Shown here: in pieces, positions 43,288 through 55,199 of the stretch | Layout: each line of letters begins with the position of its first letter | Position numbering within the stretch: position 1 is the stretch's first letter | NCBI RefSeq assembly: GCF_018977255.1 | Contig: NW_024704742.1 | Location: forward strand, 123,258,001 to 123,322,000 | Direction of reading: 5' to 3' | Source of the DNA: Callorhinchus milii | Taxonomy: Eukaryota | DNA: 64,000 nucleotides | Made by a program: the position numbers and the translations under genes | Notes under the pieces: generated by a model | Databases searched by the model: none | Seen by the model: only the letters and a program-made list of their open reading frames with translations | What the model was told of the DNA's origin: nothing

Positions 43288-43892
43288 AAGATGGACTCCC
43301 ACCTTAGATATAGTCCCACACAAGAGATGAGACTCCTGCACTCTGCCTGGCCGAATACATTTTGGTGGACATTGAATTATACATTGTTCTCCATCTCTTC
43401 CGCAACATTTGGTTTGGCCAACCTTAATCATTGTATGTGGATATGTAAGCATTATGCTGTTGTTTTCTTTTAACTACCTATAACCATTACTAATTTGAAT
43501 TAATAAATCGTGATTAATTGTACAAGATTTTTGTCAGTCTTTACTTTACCACAGGTTAAATTGGACATCTTACAAGAGGAAATACCAGTGAGGAAGGAGT
43601 CAAGAGGTTGGGAGGTGGCGGGGCAGAGGGGCATGTGGGCAGTAGACTAGGAGGATTTTGAGGGAGAGAGAAGAGTGATGGTAAGGTGCTCAAAGGACCA
43701 CAACCTTCTGACTTAGAGGAGAGAGTGCTCCCAACTGAGCCTGTCTGGCACTTGTAGTAAATTCCTTTCTGTGGATCATAAAACTCTGCTCTAAGGATTA
43801 AAACCATGACACTATGATTCTAGGACCACTTCCTCCTAAAATATTTTAAAAATTGCTTTACACTGTACTGTGTAAGGGTTCATTTATTTTCA

Positions 43893-45294
43893 TGACCTTG
43901 CGGTGAAGGACTGACACAAATTAATCAAGGTTTATTCATTCAGATTAATAATGGTTATAAGTAATTAAAATACATCCGATTGTGCTTGTGTATCCACGTA
44001 TACCGTAGTTCACAACGATTTAAGTTGACCAAATCAAATACCACGGAAGAGATAGAGTAGCAATGGCCAACTTAACAACCATTTAAATGTATCCTTTTTA
44101 ATTCAAATATATATGTCCATCCAAAGGTATCCAAGTATTGTTGTACGTTTCCAGTTCAATATCACCCAAAAGTACCCAGGTATTATTGTATGTTCAATTC
44201 AATCACTCGAAAGTATCCAGGTATCATGGCATGTCCAATGCTATTATGGTACGTCCAATTTGATCCCTCTCCTTCCTCAAATCTTTTTTCTGATTATCTT
44301 CCAAATCGATCTGTTTATACAGTTCGTTAGGTGACCTTTCACCTATTGTCTTTTGCAAGACGGTTCCTTTCTAAAAAAATACAACACAGCTCTCTCTCCA
44401 GCTGCAGACCATTTTTTCCATGAGAAAATGACTGCCAAGGACTGAAAAGTTTGTTGTTAGAAGTCCTGTAGTTCAGTGGTTAGAGCACTCGCCTCTCAAG
44501 CAGGGCGAAACATTGGGCAAGTTTTCTTACTCCACACCCCTAATAATAGTCCCTCAAGAAAAAAAAACAATAAAATTAGTCACTTCAATCCACGACTGTA
44601 CTGTGCACAATTGGCTGCCGCGCATCTCCCACAAATATAGTCAACTCACTTTACAGTATATTCTGTGAAGCACTTTGAGACGTCTAGATGTGAAAAAGCG
44701 CTATATCAAATGCAAGTATTATTTATTATTATAGTCTTTTGTTTCTTCTGCGAAGTATGTCACAGCCAGCTCCCACCATATTAGACTGATCATATTTCTC
44801 AAATATATAAACATCGCAAATATAATTTGAGAAGTTATTCAACACATTAATTACGGAATCTTACAGCTTTGCGCACTGCAAAGCGCACTTGCCTGATTCA
44901 TCCTCTTTTCACACAAAGCTGACACTGGCGTAATCAGTGGTTCCTTTTATTTATTGCAACTCCTAATGAATTTAGAAATTGCGTTTGTGCCAGTCACATG
45001 TAGAGTGTGTTGGACGGAGAACGTGAGAAAAAAAAGATCCACTAAGTCAACTTCGATAATCGAAACCGGTTTTCCGAGTTCAACACCGCAATGATTGATA
45101 TTCTTCATTTGTGGGAACAAAACAATTGACTCAACCAGCAAGTCTAGGATTCCACGCTAAGCATTTGGCTCGCCCACAAGCAGGCACGTCTGCTCAACGA
45201 TGAGACAAGCTACTGGGAAACATGTTAAATATAGCGTCTCTACCAGCAAAAGAGGCTGCGACATCCGGCTCTACGATTGTAACCGCACGAGATG
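43893..45294. repeat. Local duplication, copy 2 (block A 43893-44826 interrupted by a SINE; block B 44993-45294)
   Basis: See copy 1. Confidence 0.92.
44461..44731 (+). mobile_element. tRNA-Deu SINE inserted into duplication copy 2
   Basis: Flanks gtttgttgtt and agtcttttgtttc lie only a few nt apart in copy 1 (39343-39373), which lacks the SINE. Confidence 0.9.
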
Positions 45295-45774
45295 ATGGGA
45301 GGAACGGTGAGACTAAAACAAAACACCTACACACACATCCCCACCCACCCGCACACGAGCTGCAGAAAATGTAGTAAAATTACACCATATGCAGCAGCTT
45401 TATTAACTTGTCCTTTTATCCACAATAACTCCAGTAGAAACCCCTCTTGATCTTCGTCCATTACCTTCCTCCCAGCCCCCCATCACCGACAGTCTGTGCA
45501 CTAATAATATCCACTCTCCACAATTGCTCCGGTGAGGGCTAAAAGCTCTTGCTTATCGTGACATCTGAGTAAATAGATTAAATGCAAGGATGATGATGAT
45601 GATAGTGATTATTATTATTGTTGTTGTTATCTGTAGCAACCACTTTAACGTTAGCGTCCCGAGCAGTAACCGCCGGGGCAAGGAATTGCTCAGCAAAGTG
45701 ATAAAAGTGCTACAAAAGTCGTAAGATTTTTATTTCTTGAACTCCTCTTAACAAGTGCTCCCCCTCCGTCCCCA

Positions 45775-46870
45775 TCTCCAAGCATCACCCCCCCAACCCC
45801 AGCTCTAAAGATCACCCGCCCAACCCCCTCCCCCCAACTCTAAACATCACCCCCCAACCCCCTCCCCCCAGCTCTAAACATCACCCCCACCCCTCCCCCC
45901 AACTCTAAACATCACCCCCCAACCCCCTCCCCCAGCTCCAAGCATCACCCCCCAACCCCCTCCCCCCAGCTCAAACATCACCCCCCCAACCCCCTCCCCC
46001 CACTCTAAACATCACCCCCCAACCCCCTCCCCCCAGCTCAAACATCACCCCCCACCCCCTCCCCCCAGCTCTAAACATCACCCCCCAACCCCCTCCCCCC
46101 AGCTCCAAGCATCACCCCCCAACCCCCCCCAGCTCTATACATCACCCCCCAACCCCCTCCCCCCAGCTCTATACATCACCCCCCAACCCCCCCCCCCAGC
46201 TCTAACATCACCCCCCAACCCCTCCCCCAGCTCTATACATCACCCCCCCAACCCCCCCCCAGCTCTAAACATCACCCCCCAACCCCCTCCCCCAGCTCCA
46301 ACATCACCCCCCAACCCCCTCCCCCCAGCTCTATACATCACCCCCCAACCCCCTCCCCCCACTCCAAACATCACCCCCCAACCCCCTCCCCCCAGCTCCA
46401 AACATCACCCCCAACCCCCTCCCCCCAGCTCTACATCACCCCCCCCCCCCCCCTCAACATCACCCCCAACCCCCTCCCCCCAGCTCTATACATCACCCCC
46501 CCAACCCCCTCCCCCCAGCTCCAAACATCACCCCCCAACCCCCTCCCCCCAGCTCCAAACATCACCCCCCAACCCCCTCCCCCCAGCTCCAAACATCACC
46601 CCCCAACCCCCTCCCCCCAGCTCCAAACATCACCCCCCAACCCCCTCCCCCCAGCTCCAAACATCACCCCCCAACCCCCTCCCCCAGCTCCAAACATCAC
46701 CCCCAACCCCTCCCCCCACTCCAAACATCACCCCCCAACCCCCTCCCCCAGCTCTATACATCACCCCCAACCCCCAACTCTAAACATCACCCCCCAACCC
46801 CCTCCCCCCCAGCTCTAAACATCACCCCCCAACCCCCTCCCCCCAGCTCTAAACATCACCCCCCACCCCC
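45775..46870. repeat. C-rich minisatellite, ~34-bp unit (ccagctccaaacatcaccccccaaccccctcccc), ~33 copies
   Basis: Period of 34 seen directly (agct at 46517 and 46551). Variants ctcc/ctct and aaac/atac; C-run lengths vary. Confidence 0.97.
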
Positions 46871-46893
46871 AGTGGTTGGGAGACGGAGGGCTG

Positions 46894-46933
46894 GTGTGTG
46901 TGTGTGTGTGTGTGGAGAGAGAGCGAGAGAGAG
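46894..46933. repeat. (TG)n(GA)n compound microsatellite
   Basis: Seen directly. Confidence 0.9.
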
Positions 46934-46959
46934 ATAACAATATGTGGCAACATGGAGGT

Positions 46960-47585
46960 AACCGAGGCCCCGCCTCACTGACGGGAAGGGGCGGGAAGCT
47001 CGGCCCCACTGCCCGGAGATCCTCTCCTCAGACACTGGCAGTCAGTGGGACAGCGGGGGAGGGGGAGTGGGGGGGCGGAGGTACGTCACGGGCGGCCCTT
47101 CCCCCTCGGCTGACGTAAGCACGTGCCGGCGTGACTCACTGCGCACATGCGCAGTGCTGTCTTAGCCCCCCCCCCCTACACTCCCTCACCCGCTTCGCCC
47201 GGGGTCGCGGCGGCGATGTGAGACACGGCGGACGGGGGAAGATGGCGGGTAAGGCTCGAGAGACAGAGAGAGAGAGAGCGCCACACACACGCGGGATCGT
47301 GTTTATTACTGTGTTACACGCTCAGTGTATTTGCTGTGTTTGTGTGTCTGGCGCCCCCTTTCCCGGGGCAGCTCCCCGGGCACTGGCCGCCCGCCTCCGT
47401 CTGTCCAGCGGCAGGTTGAGAGTTTCTCTCTGGCCCTCGGGGAGACCTGAGGGGCCGCCTGGGCCCCATCACCGCTGCTCCTCCAAACCTCCCCTGGGAG
47501 GAAGCCTGCGGGGAAGTCTCCCGTGTGCCCCCACCGAGGACCGTTACTGCTGCCCCTCCCCTGCCCCCTCCCTCTGCATCAGGCG
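46960..47585 (+). promoter_or_regulatory. CpG-island promoter and first exon (donor after 47248), probably of IL6ST
   Basis: The main CpG-dense stretch of the window. GC boxes (~46988, ~47071), CRE-like tacgtca 47082 and tgacgtaa 47111, E-box cacgtg 47120, AP-1 tgactca 47132, NRF1-like tgcgcacatgcgca 47140, YY1-type aagatggcgg 47239, then donor G|gtaagg. Confidence 0.8.
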
Positions 47586-47586
47586 T

Positions 47587-47918
47587 GTGGAGTCCTGTGG
47601 CTCAGTGGTTAGAGCACTCGCTTTGCAAGTGAGAGACCTGAGTTCAATTCCAGGCAGAGGGCGAAACCTCGGGCAAGTTTCCTTACTCCACACAGAGCCT
47701 AATAATAATCCCTCCAAAACCAAAAACAATAATTAAATTGGTCATTTTCAATCTACGACTGTTTGTGGGACATTGCTGTGCGCAATTGGCTGCCGCGTTC
47801 GCCCACAAATATACAGTCAATTCACTTTACAGTGTGTTCTGTGAAGCGCTTTGGGACGTCCTCCCGACGTGAAAAGCGCTATATCAAATGCAAGGATTAT
47901 TATTATTATTATTATTAT
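47587..47918 (+). mobile_element. Full-length young tRNA-Deu SINE at the 3' edge of the CpG island
   Basis: Near-identical to the copies at 33763 and 56218, sharing the cacagagcct variant. Confidence 0.95.
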
Positions 47919-48919
47919 CAGCATTAAAGATGCTCTTCCCAACAACTCCCGGGGGTGGGGGGTGTTGGCACAGACCCCAGTCAGGCCTTTGGACCTTTGC
48001 ACTGTTAATGTTCTGGGCCTTTCTGATCGGGAGAGAGTCCGACATCAGCAGTTTTCTCTTCTTAGAACCCGCTTAAAGAGAGAAGTAAGCAGTTTTTTCT
48101 TCTGGAGGCAACTTGGGATGACATCCTCTTTCGGTTCCTTACCAGAGATTCAGTCACTACATGATGGGTTAGAATTATAATCAGACGTAAGATTGAAATT
48201 TGGGTTGTGTTCGCATGGATTACAGATTGGATCCCAGTCAAAGACCCCATCTGTACCCTCTACCAAGACCCCCACCCCCGACCCCCTCCATCTGTTTTCA
48301 ATTCTGATCATTTTTTAAAATGATCCTGTCGGCTGCGTGAAGAGCTTTGAAAGGTTTCCAGATGTGAACGCACCTGTACCAATGTAAATTGTTTCTGTTT
48401 TTATAACAAATTAATTTCATGTGGTATGCAACGTTCTCTTCAGATACCTTTACATTTGTAGTCCACTTTATGGATTCCCATATTATTCAGGCAAATGTAA
48501 ACAAGAAGCTTTATATATATATATATACCTTGCGTGATATTTTGCAGTCTTTTATTTGGCATAAGATGAAGCCTTCACGAAGATGATTGCTGCAGCCATT
48601 TGTATATCTTTTTAAGATGAATTATTATGCCAGGGTTCTGCTGATGGTAGGCTAATGCTGAGTCATGCACTCGATAAAGATCCCAGATTCAATCCTGGGG
48701 TTGGTTTGTTAGCAAATTTCAGTCGAAGCATTGGAAGGGTCTGAATTTGGATCGAATGGGTGGGGTGGTGGGGGGAGGGAGAGATAGGTGTCCTGAACCT
48801 GTTTGCTTTCAAGTGAATCGTGCTGGAAGGTGCACGTGAGTCAACATCATTGGACATAGTGTAATTTTCTTTCACATGGTTAAAAAGCATGAGAAGGTTA
48901 CTGAAGAGCTGCTGGTAGT

Positions 48920-49690
48920 TCTCCGGGGGGTGGGGGAGGGGGGTGCAGGGTAGGTGGCTGGCCGTAAGCAGGGCTAAAGAGGAAGGTTTCAGGCGGAACT
49001 TGAAAAAGGGGAGAGGGGGGTCAAGGCGGAGGGAGAGTGTTCCAGTTTCGGGGCGTAGTGACAGAAAGGGTGACTTCCAAGGGTGAAAGGGATGAGCAGG
49101 AGGCCGGTGCCAGTCGAGCGGAGGCAACGGGTGGTTCATTGGGGATTGAGGAGGTTGGAGAAGTAGGGAGGTACCAGAGAGTGAAGGGATTTGAACATGA
49201 GTCTGAGAATCTTGAAGTCGATCCATTCGGTGATGGGGAGCCAGTGGAGCCTGGCCAGAACTAGTGCGATGCGGGTATGGAATTTGGTCCGGGTTTGGCG
49301 GCAGAGTTGTGAATAAGCTGAATCTTTTGAATAATAGAGTTGGGGAGACCGATGAGGAGTGCGTTTGAGTAATCCAGGTGGGAGGTGACAAACGCATGCA
49401 CGAGGCTTTTGGTTGCATTTGGGTTACAGTCGGAGGTGGGCAATGTGGCAGAAGTGGGAGAAGGCGCTCCTGGTTAGAGACCAGATGTGGGGGAAGAATA
49501 TCTGGATATCGAACCAGACGCATAGATTGCACACTGGTTCAGTGAGTCTGAGGGAGAGCCCATGGAGGTTGAGGAGCTTAGAATAGCAGGAGAGATGACA
49601 TTGACGGGAGCCAAGGAGTATGGCTTCTGTCTTGTCCACATTCAGCTGCAAGAAGTTTCCATTCATCCAGGGCCTGATGTCTGCCAGACA
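48920..49690 (-). mobile_element. L2 LINE fragment
   Basis: NFLQLNVDKTEAILLGSRQ, LVHAFVTSHLDYSNALL. Confidence 0.88.
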
Positions 49691-51554
49691 AGCTGATAGA
49701 AGATGGGCTATGTGAAAGGTGATTTACAAATGTAATTTTGTTGTAGTTGTTGTGGTTGTGTACATGAAATGTGCTACTTAAATACAAGTTTTGTTATCTT
49801 TTGTAAAATTGGGGCTATAATTACAACATTTTGCAGTACAGTTCAATCTGTTTTAACATCCTCCCCTTTACAGTATAAGACAGCCTCCCTTATACAGCTG
49901 ATGTTCTCTGGACCCATGCTAACTGGAAGCATGCTGATTGTACACCAGTTTCAATCACTGAAGCCTCCCAACTCTTTTTATATAAAAAGGTGACGTTCCG
50001 GTAATGACCTACAGCACTTTCTGTGCCCTAGGCATAGGAAACCATGCTAATTTTATTTCACGTTTGCCATGCACAGGAAGCATCACTTCTGAGAAAAACG
50101 ACATCAGCAATGCTGCTTGAGCATAATCTGCAGTTTCACCCACAAAATACAGTTAACCACCTTACAGTACCTTTCTGTGTTGGGCGAACTAAACGTGAGG
50201 CAGAATGAAGATTCCTCTCAAGAAGTAGTGGTGATGATCACAAACAGAAGCAGCAGAACTTCCTTGTTTATATTATCATGTTGTTGTCAAAAGGAAGGCT
50301 GCTATAAGTGGAAATGCTGTTAGCTAAAGGAGCAACTTCACAATATAGTGTATTTAGAACTCAAACAATGTTTGTCCCATTGAGAGAGTGCTTTTTTGCT
50401 GCTGTTACATTTGAATACTTGAGAGAAAAGCAACGATTTTAGCCAGGATAACCGGGCACGCTAAAATAATTTTACATTTTCACCAAAAAAAATCCTAATA
50501 GCTGTTGCACAGAATTGCATTGCAATTGTACAGTATTAGTTTTAAAATAACAGATTTGTTAAAATGTTTGAATTTCTTCCATATAAGGTTTGCTAACTGC
50601 TGCCCAAGCACTCCATGTTCCAATAAACCAGTTTGGAAAAAAAATCTTCCAACCTCCACTTTAATCCTTTTAGTGATGAACTGGAGTATGCTTCCCCCTT
50701 GTTTTATCAACCAGCAGGAATAATCTTTCACTGTTTACTATTTATTTGTTACATAAATAAACTTGGTTTATTATGGAGCTGCAAACGTGGCTTCTCAACC
50801 TTAATGGTTTGGGCTTCTTGTAGGTATTAATGCCCTGCAAGTTATTTTTTTTCACAAATGAAATAATATTATTTTTCTAATTTTCTCCCTGTTGGTATAC
50901 ACTGTAATTAAGAGTGAAAAAGCTTCTGAACATTTTGTCTTGATAATATTTCCTCTGGAAATGACAGTAGTATTCCTAAAACATCTGAATCCTGAGTTTG
51001 TGTCCCTATGAATGATGTGCCTGTATTTCTGTTGGAATATATTTGGATTTTTTAATCCCTGGTATGGAGCTGTTGTACTGTCTGTGCAGTGTCATAAACA
51101 AATATTGACATGCGTCTTAACATTTTAAAACATGTTTAGCATTTTCTTCAGGTAAGGAATGCTTTCCTGTGCTGCTGGTTTCTCTTGAAAATGTGAATTT
51201 AATTGTGTTTTGATAAAAGGCTTTCAAAATGCCCTAATTTGAAAATGATGTAGCATTGGTCGTTTCGCCCACAAAGTACCCAGTCAATTTACAGTATATT
51301 GGACAGTACATTCTGTCCAAGAGGGTAAAACAATTTTTGGTCAAGCCTGCAAGACATGTACGTATTAATAATAAACCTTGCATTTGATAGAGCATGTTTT
51401 ACATCTTCTGTTGCGATGTGTGATTTTACTACTGTCACGTTTGAATACACTTGACTATTCCAGAATTATCTGAAATCTCATTTGTGTTAACGTAAAAAGA
51501 AAGTTTCAGCACAAAGTCCATTTAGCTCATTGTGTCGTGTTACTGCTGTCTGTT

Positions 51555-52090
51555 TGGACAGAAATGGTCAGGGTGAGGGGAGGGAAGGGAGGGAGCGAGG
51601 AGGGGGTAGAGAGTCGAGAGGGGAGCTGAAGGCACGGTCAAAGAGAAAGGTCTTGAGACCGGCCTTGAAGGAGGAAAGGGAGGAGGCGGCGAAGGCACTG
51701 GGGGATAGAGTTCCAGAGCCTCGGGGCTGAGAGGCTGAAGGCCCGACCACCGATAGTAGGGCGGTTGGGGCGGGGGATGTGGAGCAGACCGGAGCCAGAG
51801 GAACGGAGGGTACGGGCAGGCAGGTAGGGGGATAGTAGGTTGGAGAGGTAGGAGGGAGCGAAGCCGTGAATGGCCTTGTAGGTGAGGGTGAGGATCTTGA
51901 ATTCGATCCTCTGGGGGGTGGTGGAGGCGAGCGACGGTGTGAGTGACGGTGCGGGACAGTACACGAGCTGCAGAGTTCTGAATGACCTGCAGCTTGTGGA
52001 GGGAGGTGGCGGGAAGGCCGGTGAGGAGAGAGTTCCCATAGTCCAGCCTTGAGGTGGTGAAGACGTGGACCAGTGTTTTAGCAGCGTGAA
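51555..52090 (-). mobile_element. L2 LINE 3' fragment
   Basis: TTSRLDYGNSLLTGLP...GGRAFSLSAPRLWNSIP. Confidence 0.9.
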
Positions 52091-54584
52091 CCATGCACCT
52101 TTTGAATGATTCTATTGATTCAACATTATTTGCTACTTAAGGTGATAAATTCCACATATTAACAAACCTCTGAGTGAAAGAATTCTGCTAATGATCCCAA
52201 GTATGTTTGTCACTGATTTTCCAGTTTCACCGATGAAAACAATCATCAGTGGGACATGGCCAAATGTTGGATTTTGCCAAGGATGTGTATTCTGGGGCTT
52301 AGATTGTGTTAGGATGGTTGAGGCCCTGACGTTGTATCCATTTCAAAAAAATAGCGTGATGCTGGGATTGGAAGGCTATAGCGTGGGTATTCTGGAAGGA
52401 TGAGGTCAAATGGGCTGAAGGGCCTTCTTCATCTTTAGATTTATATCGACTGTACAGCAGGGAAATAGGCCACCTGGGCCTACCATCCATGTCGGTGTTT
52501 TTACTCCACATGGTCCTGGGCTTTATAGCCAGAGGGATAGAGTATGAAAATGAGGAGATAATGTTGAATTTGTATAAAACCTTGGTTAGACCACATTTGC
52601 CACAAAGTGCTCATAATGACAAACTGCAATTTTAACTGGTTAATTTCCAGCAAGACCTCAACTCACACTCTGGAGTCCCAAGTTTTGACTCCTGCCAACA
52701 TGAGCCTGATACTTTCCAGAATTAACTACGGAGGGCGTGCCCTCTGCTGAGAGAAAACATGCTCCATTCCAGACAAATGAAAAATGTCCTTGTGTAAGTG
52801 TCATACAGATGTGGAACTCAGTCTGGTTTGGATATGCTTAAACATGGTGTTGGGTTTCTAAATGTGTCAGACACTCAGCTGATGAACAAAAAAAAAGGAA
52901 TCAAAACTGCTCATGAAACTTTGTTCAATTTAATACAATGAAATAGGGATTGCCACATCTAAACAAGATGGTCTGTTTACAATAAATTCAGATAAAGAAA
53001 TCCAAGTGAAATTCAGGCTTTTGTATTTAGAGAATAAAGTTCCACAATTTTGAAATTTGTTAGCTGGTAATAAATCTTTTAGATGTAACATTTACACTTG
53101 CAGCTTATTTATAACCAATGTACTGTAATTTATGTTACTCATTGAAATGTTTTAAATCGCGTATCTTGTGTCGTGATAAACAAGAAAAGTAACAGCTCGG
53201 TGAACAGTTCATACAGTAAACGTTTCTTCTTTTTCTCACCCCCACTAATTAACAAAAATCAGATGGCACTTCTGTTTTACTGATGTGCTTAAGAGCTCTA
53301 GATTTCCAGTAAAAATGTTGTGAAGTCTTAGAATCAGAATCTATAATGTTCCAAATCCATTTACCACTTATCTGTCTTGACTTACCCAACCCCTTTCCCC
53401 AGTGAAATAGCAGATTTTCCCTATAACATTGATTCCAGTTTCATGTTAATCATTGTCTGTAAGGATAGATGATATCGCTAATAGAATGAGAGGAAACTGC
53501 AAGAGGAATAGCTGATCCTGCCAATATGAACCTGATACCTTCCAGAATTAAGTAAGACTTGACTGAAGGGTCTTCTGAAAAGGATAGGCTTACACATAAT
53601 TTTTCAACCTGCATCATAAGTAAAATGTGCATTTTCTACTCCTGCCAAGCAACAATTATTCATATTTTTGTGTATGCGTGCACGCACACCTGGGAAAAGG
53701 GAAATTTTAACAATTGTGACCAAAAGCACATTTAAATAGATGTATATTTAAGAGGGTTTTGGAGTTAGGGAGAGGTCAAGAAGGGTTAGATATTTGTGAA
53801 TGTTGGTATATCCAAGGTGGAGCTAGGGAGGCTAGAAAAATTGAGAATTGGAAAAGTCCTTCTTCAAGGTGATGAAAGTATGAATGAGGATTTTGTCAAT
53901 AGTCATGAGGTAAGAGTCTGAGCGCTCAGTATTTTGGAGGTTTTAAAAAAAGACAAGTTTAGCATTTGAATACATTGTAAGTTTGAAGGATAGTTGATCA
54001 TGCAGAATGACTAATCTGAAAAAGCAGCCAGGAAGATTAATGAAGTTGGAGCTAGAGTGTGCAAAGCTGTTGACACACATTGTTTTTGTGGACTGTGGAA
54101 ATTGGCTTCCAAATTGTGACTGAATTGATGATTTTTTCAAAATTCTGCTTCATCTAAAATTTGAAAGCAGTAGTTTTAAGATCCAAGAACACAAGAAATT
54201 TCAGGGCCTTTAATTCTGTGAAAATAGAATACTTGCCTTATTTCCTGTTCCTTATCATTTACTAAATTTGTAATAATTGATTTTAGTATGGTAAGCAGGG
54301 CACAGCAACAGTAATATGTGCACGGAGAGCATCTGCTGGCTCAAGAGTTGAGGAAAGTACATTTTTATGTAATGTAAATGTTATACAGTAGAGCCCCGTT
54401 ATACCACAGGAGTTGGAGTCCATAAAAAGTCCCAACCTATCTTATGCATGTACTCAAAAGCTAGTGCCTTTGCAAAACACAAACCAACTAGTGTGAGTAG
54501 GTTAGATTGTGTATTGTCACAATGTGCAACTGAACCTACCAGTACAAATAGGTTTAAGTTGTTCATTGACTCTTCCTGCACAGA

Positions 54585-54903
54585 GTGGAGTCTGGTAGCT
54601 TAGTGGTTTGAGCACTCGCCTTGCAAGCGAGAGAACCTGGGTTTGAATCCTGGCAAGGCAAAATGTTGGGCAAGTTTCCTTACGCCTCTGTTTACCTAAC
54701 AGTAAGTGGGAACTCGATTGTTAGTTGATTGGGGGATTGCTTTGCCGGAGGTAATAATTAATTCCAAAAAATAGGCTGCCGCATTTCGCCCACAAAATAT
54801 ACAGTCAATTCACTTTTCAGTATATTCTCTGAAGCACTTCTCGAATATCACGTCTCGAAGACGTGATAAGGCGCTATATCAAATGCAAGGATTATTATTA
54901 TTA
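54585..54903 (+). mobile_element. tRNA-Deu SINE, long subfamily
   Basis: Head plus gtttacctaacagtaagt segment and gtgataaggcgctatatc tail. Confidence 0.88.
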
Positions 54904-55199
54904 GACAACCAAAAAGCTTTCCACAGGTTCACATGACACCCATTTTATAAGTTGGGTCAATAGAAAAGTGCGGAAATATTTGCCAAAAATTGCGGGGAAA
55001 TTTTTGACAGATCTTGCAGAAAATGGCAGGGAGTTGATTGGTGCTATTGAGATACATTTTACTACCAAACCTACATTTTTTTCACTGATAAACACTAAAC
55101 ATGAGAAAATATCATGTATGAGATCATTGGTTTTTTGGGAGATGGGTAGGAGGAGTTTAGGAGGACACCAGCAAGGCTACAGGAGCTCTCAGGACCAAG

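Noticed and set aside
44089..44099. gtatccttt U12-type donor motif
   Set aside because: The paralogous site reads gtgtccttt, and no matching + strand exon or U12 branch site is evident.
45254..45265. 12-nt ggctgcgacatc identical to a stretch near the 7SK RNA 5' end
   Set aside because: The flanks do not resemble 7SK; chance match.
45775..46870. Regular ~34-bp array as a CRISPR-like locus
   Set aside because: Head-to-tail units with no unique spacers, in a vertebrate context.
47131..47736. 201-aa ORF over the CpG island
   Set aside because: Stop-poor GC-rich sequence that crosses a strong splice donor and runs into a SINE; no recognisable domain.
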